Of a stretch of 64,000 bases of DNA, positions 38,278-51,300 are shown piece by piece. The translations under genes and the position numbers were made by a program. Position 1 is the first letter of the stretch, and the number at the start of each line of letters is the position of its first letter. The stretch covers positions 1 through 64,000 of the forward strand of contig JALMLS010000483.1 in assembly GCA_038496445.1 (NCBI GenBank), read 5' to 3'. The notes below the pieces were generated by a model, which saw nothing but the letters and a program-made list of their open reading frames with translations, was not told where the DNA came from and ran no database searches. The DNA is from Trichosphaerium sp. ATCC 40318 (Eukaryota > Protista > Tubulinea).

Positions 38278-39901
38278 TTACAAGGTGTACAGTCCACAAT
38301 ATTGAATACCCATTGACTCAACAGCTGCTTGTGTAAGTTTGGTATTGTTCAATCGTGCAACCTGTTTTAAAGATGGTAAGTGCTTCAAGCAACCATTTGT
38401 AATCTGTGGGCAGTAACCTATGGTGAGGCGCTCAAGGTTGACCAATGTATTGAAACCCAAGTCTGTTATATTATAGCAATTGTGAAGCCCAAGGCGTTTG
38501 ACATTGGACAATGATTTGATTCCATCATCTGTTACATACCTTCCTTCTTTGATATGGACAGCGTGCGTGTCACCAAGTTGTTTGAGCCACGAGTCTTTTG
38601 GTAAAGAAAGACTAATCTCATGAACACCTTTGAGTGCTTTGATTCCTTCAACTGTAATATTATCACAACCTTTTAGGTTAATTGTGTGTACACCAACAAA
38701 ACTTTGGAGTGCTTTATCTGTCACTTCAGTCCAACAAAGGTTAATAGTGTGAGCACCAACAAGTGCTTTAAATCCTCTATCACGCACTTTAGTATTGCTC
38801 AAGTCAATAGTATGAACACCTGCAAGAGGTATAACACCTTCATCTGTAATTTCTTCACAAAAGCTCAAGTCAAGTGTATGAACTCCAACAAGTGCTTTCA
38901 CTCCGTTATCAGTTATAGAGGTCTGAGAAAGGTTAATAGTATGTATGCCAACAAGTGCTTTGACTCCTTCATCTGTCACTGATGTACGACAAAGGTTAAT
39001 AGTATGAACACCTGTAAGAGGTATAACACCTTCATCTGTAATTTGTTCACAATAGCTCAAGTCAAGTGTATGAACTCCAATAAGTGCTTTCACTCCTTCA
39101 TCTCTCACTGCAGTCCAAGAAAGGTCAATTGTATGAACACCTTTGAGTGCTATCACTCCTTCATCTGTTACAGATGTCCAAGAAAGTTGAATAGTATGTA
39201 TACCAATGAGTGCTTTGACTCCTTCATCTGTCACTGATGTACGACAAAGGTTAATAGTATGAACACCAACTAAAGCTTTAACTCCTTCATCTGTAATTTT
39301 CTTGCAAAAGCTCAAGTCAAGTGTATGAACTCCAACAAGTGCTTTCACTCCATTATCAGTTATAGAGGTCTGAGAAAGGTTAATAGTATGTATGCCAACA
39401 AGTGCTTTGACTCCTTCATCTGTCACTGATGTATCAGAAAGGTCAATTGTATGAACTCCTGCCAAATATATCATTACTTTGTCTGTAATTTGTCGACAAC
39501 CCCTCAAATCAATTGTATGAACTCCTGCAAATTTTTCCACAATCTTGTCAGAAGGAAACCTGAAAATTGTATTATTTGCTAAATAGATTCTTGTGTGTTT
39601 CATGATCCCACAATGCTTTACAACTTCTTTCACTTGTTTTTCTGTTGTTATACGTATACTATGGTATCCAACAATGTCGTGAATGATAGAAGAAACGATA
39701 CGACATGTTTGACAAGCTGCAAATCGCGATTTAGTTGTGTGACTTAAAATAATCGCTATAATCTCTGTAGGCATATCCAGTAACGTTTTTTGAGTGCTAC
39801 AAATTATTTTAGAGCAATACAATCAACATAAACGTTTACCTTTGATTTAATGTATCAGACTCCAAATCATACGGTTTTTTAATACCTTTTGTGCGATCCA
39901 T
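38278..39901 (-). CDS. F-box + leucine-rich repeat protein (GVHTIDLS-type); one short 5' intron
   Basis: MDRTKGIKK exon spliced (intron about 39797-39839) to LLDMPTEIIAIILSH F-box, then about 17 LRRs. Confidence 0.9.
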
Positions 39902-40261
39902 GGCGACACGTGTACTTATAATTATTGATTTGTTTTGACAAAAGAAAAATACAAATGCGATCCATGTGCCACGTACTTAGTGCGGAATAGCTGTTGACTC
40001 AAACTCAAACAATTAGTCAAACATGAAAAGTGTCCCAAAATGATCCATCACACATAGCTATGCTAGCTTGTTTACTCTAGTGGTTGGCTGTACTGATAAA
40101 CGATCTCGAAAAACGGCCATTAGCAAGCCGCTCTTGTACTCTCGTTTACCTTCAAATAGCTAGGTTTTGATAGTTCAATAACACGCAATGCTACACATCT
40201 TTGATAATTTAATAGGTCACATAAGTTCTAAAGCACATGATTTATTTTTTGTTTGCTGATG

Positions 40262-41815
40262 TTAAGTCCTTTTTTTAGGAATGATATTCTGTTCCCTCAG
40301 CGAATTAATCACTGTATCATCAGGTCTAAGAGTAGCATTCTTTATAGTATCAAACATATGTTGAGATACAGAATCTACAGCAAAATCATACGCTCCTTGC
40401 TTATCTCCTTTACCTTGTATTTGACTTTCAATAAAATGTACAACATCATCTACAGTTGCATCGTTGTATAATGCTACAGCTGTTCGTTTAAGCATATTTT
40501 TCTTATACCATTGCTTGATTAACGTTGCATACTCTTCAGGTAATGTATTCTTCATGAGTGGGCTCTTTGTTAAAAATTTCTAGGAGGAGATTAGCCAACA
40601 CCGATAAAGTAATATTTCAACAATGGTAAAAAAAACAAGTTTGTACGTTGACAGGTAAGTAGCTACTTCTAACACTTTTTTGGGCTACATAGTACTGGTC
40701 TTCCATAAGAGTTATCTCTCCTGTTTCATCTATAGAGAAAACAGGGTATAGAGGAGCGATCATCGGGAATAAAGTATTCGGGAAAATTGCAACATTGAAT
40801 TGCTTTTTGGCTGTTTCAAAGAACTTATCGAAAGTATCTGGTACGTCATAGCTCAACTTCTTCCATGGTGTTGCCAAAACCTATTGTTTCAAAACCATAA
40901 GTGATCAGTGTGATAAAGAAAAAAACCGAGGTTGGAGCGTAAACACGTGATACGTTCGAACTTTGAAAAAACAAAAAAGTAAGTTGTTCAGTAAAAAAAA
41001 CATGTGCGACGGACAGTCATTCGTCGCAATTTTTCTGGTCTTGACGCGATCTTTTTTGTTTCATACCTTTTCTTTGCAGTTATTTGTAACATCATTGGCA
41101 ACATCAAAGCATAAAGTACCTAATTGTAAACCACTCTGATGAAATTTTTCCTTTACAATTAAAGTTGTTTTTTTAAAAGCAAGTCCTTTCTTTTCCCAAT
41201 GTTCAAGAGCTTTTGCTTCATGCAATGTATCATATATGTGATCCCTAATTGCCTTAGTCCCTTCTTTATACGATGACTCTACTTGTGCTACAACATCAAG
41301 GTCAGAAAGGGAGATCAAAGAGCGAAAATCAAAAATTCTTTTCGGATTTTATGAACAAACAGAAATACGGCTAATACCTTTTCTACTCTTATCATACTCC
41401 TCTCTTAGCTCTAAAAAGTACTTTGAAAGGTCGTCTACTTCTGTTTTAAGGTATTTATCTGTTAATCCGCTTTGTTTAATAGAAAGGTCAGGATCGTATT
41501 GTACAGACTTTTTCTTGGTATTCTAGTGCGTATTTAGCAACTTTTAATAATGTGAGAACAAAAGTCACGCAAATCAAGAAAACAAATTAGCGTACAACTT
41601 TTATTTTGTTATAATCGCTCTTAGGAACTGAATGGACATCCATCCAACCTAACTAGGCTTAATTTACATAACACTACGCAAAACATACCAAGTAACTCAT
41701 CTAAAAGTGCATCGGAAGAGAAACACCGCGTGTTACTACGACGTAGAACTCTAATTTGCGCATTTGGCTGTCTACGACCATTTGTGGTGCAAACACGACT
41801 AATCCGCCCAAGCAT
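40262..41815 (-). CDS. Multi-exon hypothetical protein with mitochondrial presequence
   Basis: MLGRISRVCTTNGRR...RCFSS presequence and spliced open exons. Confidence 0.65.
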
Positions 41816-41983
41816 TGCGTAAACGATAGAACTGAGTAATATACAGACTCAACAAGAACAACAGAGGCTGAAACGTAGATAACCGCCTTAAAAAAAACAC
41901 ATCAAAAAGTCATGCATTTTCATTAATTGTACGAACCGCCTACTTAACAATCCACGTGATTAATTAGAAAAAGGGGTTGTACA

Positions 41984-44202
41984 ATGAATAAAGTGCAAGC
42001 TGACGTTATGCCTTGGTTCGTTAGAGACCTTAATTATGATGTTGAGACATACCTTTGTGAAAAACATGAAAAGAAGTGGCCAGATATCTTTATATTAACT
42101 TCCTATATCGTTTCAAAAGCTCCTTGCTTGTTATATTCTCTACGTAAATATCTAGTACTTTCTGGAAGTACTATAAATGATAGTAACCCACAGGTAAATA
42201 CGAAATCGTCATTTTTATCGCCCGAACAGTTGAAACTGCAAAAACTACATGACGACTTGTTTAAGCAATTTTCGCTTTTCATGTTTAGTCTGTTAATACC
42301 ACTCTTATATAGGGCTAAACGGTATGTTATTTTAGGGTACTACTGCTTTACATATCGCAACAAACGCAAAAAATGAGCACGTGGTCAGACTTCTTTTAGG
42401 ATACGGCGCTAACCCTCACGCAAAGAATGACTTTGGTAAAACAACAAAAAAAAATTTCAAATTGAATTTAAATTAACGCTTTGGCTCTGACTCAATTTAG
42501 GTGATTCACCTATGGAAATGGCTAAAGGATCTGGTTCTATTGTTATAAAGAGACTACTTGAGACATATGGCGCTCCTTATTTTCCAAAAAGAAAGAGAAA
42601 GGTCAGAGCATCTATATGTCTTCCTAACTTTAAAAAAACAAAATCTAAAAGAAGATTAATCAGAAGCGTAAATGCAATTAAACGTACGCCAAGCGTATCA
42701 CATGATTTTTCCCATATACTAATTTTATACAAAAATAGCTCCAGATTATTCATTTAGCGAGCCGTTCTCTCTAGGTATGTGTGCGAAGATATCATGTGCT
42801 TTTTTTTTGATTTTTTACATCATTAATATTTTTTTGAAAACACAAATATGCGTATTCCACGTCATGATATGATTCGTTGTCAAAATTAAGTTTTGTTATA
42901 ACGCCACTTTTTCTTTGTTATAATTTATTGGTTGTTTTATTAATTACGTTCTTTTTTTAGGATGTAATGAGAGAAAGCACCAAGAAGATTTTTTATTCAC
43001 ACTTCATTATCCGCTGGCTTATGACTATTTTTTACAATACTGTAAGCGTAAGATTTGTGGTGAGAGCGCTGAATGTTGGCACGTATGTTTCATATACATG
43101 ATTCAAGGCTTAAAAATTAAAAGAGCCTTTTAGATCATTGAGGATTATAAAATCCTTGAAAAGTTTGCTGTTGAAGAAAAATTACGAAAGGATATTTTTG
43201 AAAAAATATGTCAAAAGTTCTTTGTCCGTGGAGCTCCTTGTGAAGTAAATGTTTCTTCAAATGTTGTAGATAATACCAGATTCGTATATAGTCATCGTTT
43301 AGTACCAGGTAAGGTTATTTTAAGACGAAAAAATCCATTGTACACGCAATCTAATAACAGTTAGAAATTGGCATTTTTGATGCGTGTCAAAATGAGTTAT
43401 TTCATACAATGTTATATGACGTCTGGCCTGGGTTTGTTGATAGTGAGGAGTTTAAATTATTTAATATAGATATAAGAAGCGCTTTTGAAATGCTTTTTTG
43501 GAAACCACGAGGATACCTTGAGTACGAGACCCAAAAAAAAATAAAACCCAAACTCTCAAAATTGAACTCATCTCATTTGTTTTAGTTTTCTTGGTATTGG
43601 TAGCGCTCAAATAGGTCTAAGAGAGCGTATAAAGTTAAAAAGGAGTAGTCTTAGAACATCTAACGAAGCTATAAACCATGCACAACTTTGGTGGATGAGA
43701 GAACTTGGTTTAGACTTTGGTACATATAAAGAAGAACGATTACGTAAAAAATGGCCACCTCTCTTCATAGCAACATCACATGTTGTATTCAAAAAACAAT
43801 CTAAACTGAGCACATTAAAGAAAATGATAGAACTACATCCAGAAAGCGTTTCAGGTACCGTGTACACAAAAAGGATCTTTTCTTTTCTTTCTTTGGTCAC
43901 GTGGGTTTTCTTTTTTTTTCTTATCCTTCTGCTGTAGCTACTACTCCAGAAGGTACTACAGCTCTTCATATAGCTGCTACAGCAGGTCATGCAGAAGTAG
44001 TAAAATTATTGTTAGAAGCTGGAAGCAATCCTGTGTGTGAAAACAAGTTCGGTACAACTCTTATCCGCTGTCCTACTAAATTTGTGGACTAACACCTACA
44101 ATTGTAGGTGACACACCTTTTTCATTAGCAAAGACAGGGCGTAGTAAGAGCGTTCTTAGGCTATTAGTTAAATCGCTTCACGAACTTGCCCAACAACTGT
44201 AA
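41984..44202 (+). CDS. Ankyrin-repeat + RGS-domain protein
   Basis: GTTALHIA..VVRLLLGYGANP..ND and GTTALHIAATAGHAEVVKLLLEAGSNP ankyrins. They flank FLQYC...I..KFFVRGAPCEVNVS...IFDACQNELF..MLYDVWPGF (RGS). Confidence 0.8.
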
Positions 44203-44712
44203 CTTTAAAGAGACAAGGCTATAAGCGCGCTGTACATAAAGAAAGAAAGTAATATAACTTTAAAAAAAAGCTCACAAAAAACCACAAACTGTCGGTGTAT
44301 TTAGTTCTCCCCCGCACTGAAAACCACGTAGAAATTTAATATAACCATAGTGAGACACGTTTAGAGTACTTTTAAATACATGACGTAAGAGCACGTCCCA
44401 CATGATTTTGCTTTTTTTTTTTTGTTTTTTTTTTGTTTTTTTGTGAAAACAATGCGGAAAAACGGGTAGCACAAAACAATACGACTATTGAATAACCGTG
44501 ATATGTACCGGGAGCGGAATTTTATATCCCCCGGTGCAGATCCGTTGAATAGAAAGCCCGGAATATTATTTTTTGAGCTTGTCTGTCAAAAAGTGTTTGA
44601 AAATAATCGCAGACGCGCTGTTTAAAGAATGTGTACATTAAAATCGCCACACAATAATTCGAATATCGATTGAATTTCACAGGAAAAATCGGGCATACAC
44701 CTTCTCCTCGCT

Positions 44713-46305
44713 ATGCTAGAGTATACTACTACGTCTGTACTGGCTACTTCTATACATGTAAAGCGTAAGGGAACTCCTATGAAAGAAAAGAAAGCAAAAA
44801 GACAAAGAACAGGCTTGTCTAAGCGTGCATGTTGCTTGTGTAGGGAAAAACACGAAAAATGCGATGGTAAATATCCCTGCGACCGGTGCGCGAAAAAACA
44901 CCGTCAATGCAGCTATGCTGCCCCTAAAAAACGAGGACCTACTTCAGGTACATAACGGGAGAAAAAGCACCCCGGATTTTCCTTTATCTCGCTTTTAATA
45001 CGTGAAATGGTTTTGTTCTAATCAAACAACGCGTTCAGGTCACAGAAAAAAGATTGCCGAAGAGTTAGACAAAGTTAAAAAAGAGTTAGCAATACAAACT
45101 CAAGAAGCTTCATACTGGCGGTCTTTATACGCAAGAGCTACATCCTACCAGGTAAGTATATATTATATCGTACTAATTAACAACTCAAAACGTAAATTCT
45201 TACACGTGACATCAGGCCACAATAACTCAAAGTTTTTTTTTTTTCAACTTTTTTGTAGTATTTATCCTCTCATTGTTTCGTGTTTTTTCCGTAAACCTGC
45301 CAACTTATTCTTGTATTAGCTGCCTCCAGGAAATAGTATACAAGGAGGTTCTTCAATGGAGGCTCTTCCCGAAAAACCGCAATATCGGCATAAACCTACA
45401 AACCAAACAATGATTGGTTCTCTTTCCAACACCAATGTATCATCTTTAATTCATCCACAGCAACAATTTCAACCAAATACAACAATACCCGACCACTCGG
45501 CTATTTTACCTCCGGCTCGGATACAATCTAAGCCAATGATTGGTTTGCCTTCTATATCAACTACGAATAGTCCTGGTAAACCAAACTGCCTTCCTTCAAT
45601 TGTGCGTTCAAGAAACAAAAGTGAAAAAAAAAAGCAAATGAAGTTTCCTTCACGTGAATTATCATAACGCTTTACTTATTTTGTTTAATAGAAAGATGGA
45701 AGAGCCTTTAATATTGTTTCTTGCATTAAACAAAAGGAAACAGGCACGTGTCGTCTACCAATGTTTTTGGTTATTTCAGACAATTACAAAAATAACAAGT
45801 CCAACGACCCATTGTTGCTAACACTGTTGTTTAGAACGGTTACCTAGCATACACAATAGCCAATTTTCAAAACCAAATAAACTACCTATACTTATTCCAG
45901 TTGCTAAGAAACCACAACCCTTACGATACACAAGCCTTGGTACGTTTTTCCTGAATGTCCAAGAAAAACATTACAAAAAAATTGATCTGACACTTTTTTC
46001 CTTCAGAGCAACTCAGCGAAGTAGCAAGGATTCAAGTGGCAATGAATAACGTTGCCACTGCAACAAAAATCAAGGATAATAACAACATTACCAATAATCA
46101 AACCTCAACAAATCAAGGCACTGTCCCATCACAACAACATAATATTTTGACAAGCATTGAAAGTATTACAGATAATAATAAGAAACGTTCTACAATTCTT
46201 TCACGGTTAAAGAATATTGATGAACAGATAAATACGACACATGCACAACTTATTTGTCTTGTTAATCAAAAAACAGCGGCACAGGCTTTACTTGACAAAT
46301 TGTAA
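44713..46305 (+). CDS. Zn(II)2Cys6 transcription factor (short paralogue of 5472-8173)
   Basis: ACCLCREKHEKCDGKYPCDRCAKKHRQC, KKRGP, coiled coil, low-complexity region, C-terminal coiled coil. Start may be 44779. Confidence 0.88.
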
Positions 46306-47539
46306 ATAAAAGAAAAAAAAAACCTCAAGTAAAAAGATATAACGCAATAGTTTTGACTTTAGAGCAAAGTATTGTCATGCACTGCACTGTGTTATTACGT
46401 CAAGCTGTATAATGAGGATTTAGGGAACTGTCAAAAAATGTTTTGGTACGTTTTGTGGTGCGCATTGAACAAGCGCTATTGATAACCAAAGGCGAAAAAA
46501 GCGTGACCTTCGAGGACATTAGTAAGCAACCGAACGTTGTAGTTGTCTAGGTTTGCGCTATTCATGTCGGGCACGCGTTGTGAACGCTTGTGGTTATACG
46601 AATGGTTAACAAGTTTTAGAACAAACTCTAGAAATAGTCTAGGAACCACAGTAACGCATTACTGTAACACATTGTTGCTTGTCGAGATAATAGCGTTGAT
46701 GTTCTGTAGTTTTGTGCGGTTGGAAATGCAAAATGCAAACAGCGTAGCGGCCTAACAGTATCCAAACTCTCTCGAGCGTTCGTGGTACTTTCTCGTTGAG
46801 TCACCGTCATGATATCGACATAAAAAGTGTGACTTTTATGTTAACGTGGGTACATGTTGCAGTATTCGCACATTGCCATTTTTTTTAAACGATAGCATTG
46901 CATTATCAACCGCTTGTTGACTGAAACGGACTTTCGGCTTCCGGTCTTTTTATGGGGGTTATTCGCGTCACTTTTTAACTCCAGCACCTTCCTTTTTGGT
47001 AAATATTTCTTACTGCTCTCAACTCATTTAAAGTTAAAATGACTCACTCTACCATCTCTCCTATATTCCATTACACTCAGTTTAAACCCGTTTCAAGGTG
47101 TTGTGATGGAATTCTGTGCAGTGACAGATTGTTTTATTTTTTTCAGATTTCGGTTTGATTACGCGATCAAGCAGTTACATATCTGTGTCTGACAAAAAAA
47201 ACATTGTCCTGCGAGTTCCTAAACGGTTTATTATCGCTCATGTATGGCGATGACATGTTGTGCAATCTGTACTTATTTGTGTTTGATTGGTTTTTGCATG
47301 CAACGTCGTAAATGCTTTAAATGTCATTGCGGAGGCTTGTAGGCAATTGGTATATTTCAAGGCACCAATTTGTCCCTGGAGTTAGAGTTGAGAAGCCTAA
47401 GAACCTACTAAATTAGACTTGCAGTACAAAATGTTTCCTTTTTGAGAAAATGATTTGTCCGGTTATTACGACAAAGTTAATGGTATCAACGCAACACATG
47501 GCGGAAAAAAAAATAAAACGTACCTCCAACCGACTAAAC

Positions 47540-48133
47540 ATGCGAAGACGTAATTCTATGGATGCAAGGATAATGCACTTCAAATTGAATCCAACTGTAC
47601 GCATACGCCTTTAATGATCGTATCTAACCCATTGCGTAGATTGTAAGCGAAAACAGATTACAACCAACCGATAATGTTCCAGTAGCTTCAGTATGGATCA
47701 ACACTAACGAAAAAGGTATGTACATGCAATATATAAGCAATTAAAACAACAAACGCAGTACAGGAGTTTTCGGCCTTTTTCGTGACGCAAATCTGACGCT
47801 TTTTTCATAGGAAATTTGACTGAAATTGATGCCTTCCTGGGTATGTACAAAGACTTCAAGACTCTAGAACCAGACCTTTCATTGACAGGGAACCCAACTG
47901 GACGAATAACGAAACACCCACCGCTTTGTGGAGGCAGCGCTACGACAACTGTTAGCCTACCGATAAAGAAACGGAACTCCAGAGAGCGTTCACCGCCAAA
48001 ATACGCGAATAGGTTACCAAGGAGAGCCAATTCGGCTCCAGCGGAGATAAAGGTAATCAATATCGACACGGAGATGACAGACTGCCCGTCACCGCAACCC
48101 GAACGCATGGCGCTCGACTTTATAAATAATTGA
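47540..48133 (+). CDS. Small low-complexity hypothetical protein
   Basis: GC-richer last exon 47811-48133 ending MALDFINN*. 5' exon structure is uncertain. Confidence 0.45.
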
Positions 48134-48317
48134 TCTCAAGTAGATCAAAAAACCGTACAATAGCCCGTAGTGTACCATTAATAGCAAAAAAATAATAAAT
48201 ACCTATCTTGATAGCCTTACACCAAACCGACTCTTTTATTTTTTTTTGCCTGACGAATAGTACTTGAAAAGTCATTCTTGTGATAAGAGTGCTGTATCTT
48301 GGTGGATACTTTCATTG

Positions 48318-51300
48318 ATGGCTGATAACTCCTCCAAGCACCCTTACGAATTATACGTGCCTGTCAAGCTAAAAAGCGCTAATATTACATCACAGAGAAG
48401 CAGGACCTTGAATTACGCTTTGACATAGATAAGAAAACAATTGTGGTGCGATTTGATGCTTTTTTTTTTCTCCGTTGGCTAAAAGTTCGCAAAGGGAGTC
48501 GCTACATTGAGAATAAGGCCAACTCAGTATGATCACCCAGAAATACGGTTAAACTGTAGACAGTGTAGTATGTTACAATTCAATTACGCCATTGGAGCTA
48601 ACTACGCGTTAAGACATCGTTGGCATTCAAGTTAATGGCCAAACAGCAGAATATGGGTACAACAACTACCTTGATCAAATAGTGGATCAACAACATGGTA
48701 TTACAGACGCTCAATCGTTCAAAACGCTTCTAAAGGTATAATCACTTTTTTTTAAAAAACAATCAACGACAAACGTTGCAAATGGTTTTAAAACCGCTAC
48801 ATACGCGCCAACACTCAAAAAAATGCCGTTGCACAACGAAGTAATTACTTTCGTCTTTTCTTAGCACTAAAACTGCTTGAAGGCGGCCCACGAGATGTCA
48901 AACCAAGGAGAATTAGAAGTTGAGATTCCAGCAGACGTAATGGGAGCCATTTATACGAGAGACAAGGAGGGTAAAGAAAAATGCGAAGTTTGTACTCTTG
49001 TCATTGCGTATACGCTTGTATCGCCAACTTATGGCATTAATTTCCTCTTACCGGATACCCTACATCCTAATAGATCACCACGTACGTTCTCTACGGCGCT
49101 ACGTTGTTAGTAAAACAACCTATTGCGGTTTTACGTCATTTTAAGAATTTTTTTTAACAAAATGTTTTTCTGATTGATCGCTTTCTTTAGAGGTTTATAC
49201 ACTATCTGATGGTATGGGAAACAGATCGTGGATGCCTTGTGTTGATCATTTGGTTGAGAGATGCCCTTGGTCTTTTCATATATACGTACCAACTGGATAT
49301 GTGGTTGTTTGTACAGGGGAGTTACAAGGTGCTGTACTTGAAGCAGAGGGGCGATATTCACTATACAACTTCGAACAATCTGTCCCAACTACAGCTGTAC
49401 ATGTTGGAATTGCAAGTAAGTAACGTATAAGTAATAGTAAGGCATTCTATATCGACAAGCAACGTTGTAATGGCCTAAATGATCCATTTTGAATTTTTTT
49501 TTGTATTTTCGCGTTTTCTTGATTCGAACTCTCGAATTAGCCTTCTAAAGAAATATTTCATTATATACGCATATTAGGTACGTATAAGCACTCATTCATT
49601 TACCTAGTTGGCAAGTTTAAAATAGTACAAAGCAAACAACATAAGATGGTCACACATTTTTGTACAGACGATAAGGAAACCTCTGCAGCTCTTGATTACA
49701 CTCTAAATGGGTTCTTTGATGAAGCTTGGGAATTTTACAGTAGTATGATACAAGGTGGATTCCCTTATAGGAGCTACAAGCAAGTTTTTGTTGATGATGC
49801 TGTAACTGAAGTAATGGCTGGTACAACTATTTCTATCATCTCGTAAGTCATAAAACATTTTATGGATACCTTGTTAGAGTGTTTGTTTTAAATACTTATT
49901 TAGATCTGAGTTACTTGTACCTCCTACTATTATTGATCAAATGTATACTACAAGAAGAAAACTTGCGTTGGCTTTAGCCAAGCAGTATTTTGGTAATTTT
50001 ATTTCGATAAATCAAAGGTACCTTTTAAAGTATTTTTTTTTACTTTGTTTGTCGAAGACATTTTGTTTATTTTATGGTATTGACATCTTCTCCCGAACAA
50101 GTAAAGCTCTTAAGTGTTAACCACATGATGTTATTTTATTTAATCACTTGGTACTCGTTGTATCAGTGATTGGGTGTTTGTTATGATAACTAAATATTCT
50201 CTTTTTTCTTGTTTTTTTTTGAAAATTTCGAGCGTTGAATGGAGCCCTCAAGAGATAATATTTTTCAAAAATAAGATCATTTACATAATGTTATGTTAAC
50301 ATAGTATTTTTTTTATTATAGAACCGATTCTTGGATCGTTTTTGGACTAGCAAGTTGGCTCGCAGATGCTTTTCTTGAAAAAAAACATGGAAATACTGCT
50401 ATGGAACATGACTTTGCTAAAACTATGGATGATATTGGCGCACAGTACAAGAACAATATAGCTTTATACCACTCAAATTATGTTACTCCAGCTGATATAG
50501 AAAACGAGCTTTTTTGGTCTAAAAGTAGACTTGTAATGCATATTGCAGAAAAACGTATAGGTCGCGATAACTTCCGTAAAGCTATATCAAATATAAACAA
50601 ATCAGCTATTGGAGGTCATATAAGTTATAACCCACATACAAGGAGTTTCTTAAGGTTCTTGAGAAAGATGACAAGTCACGAAATGAAACCGTTTGCTGAA
50701 AAGTGGATTTATAATCGTGGATTTGCTCATTTACAGTTGGGATACTGGTACAATAGAAGACATCATAAACTAGAAGTTGGTATTAAACAAGATAAAAGAA
50801 AGAGTGATAAAGTGTTGGGAGGTATTATAGTCAGAGTATACGATCCTGAAGTGAGTACCAAAAAGCATGAAAACGTTTTGTGTTTTTTACTTTTTTTTTT
50901 CTGATGTTTTTTTAGGGAAATCAAGAAGAGCATAATGTACATTTGGAAGATGAGATGTCGCTTCAAGATTTTGCGTTACGATCCAAGTATAAAAAAGCTT
51001 CTCGGACACGACCTAAAAAGGACAGTGATACACCAGAGGCAGACTATCAGTACGTTGATTCAGATTTAGTTTTTTATTGTTTTCTTGTACTATTCATTTG
51101 TTCCCACGTGACTTATTATTATTTCTTTAAGACAATCTACGCCAATAGGATGGCTTCGCGTTGATCCAAATTATGAGTGGATGAGGTGTATAACATGGAC
51201 ACAACCAGAATATATGTGGATCAATCAACTTAAGCAAGATAAAGATGTTAAGGCTCAATACGAAGCTATAAAGGCGCTTTGCACTGAGAGTGTTAAAGGT

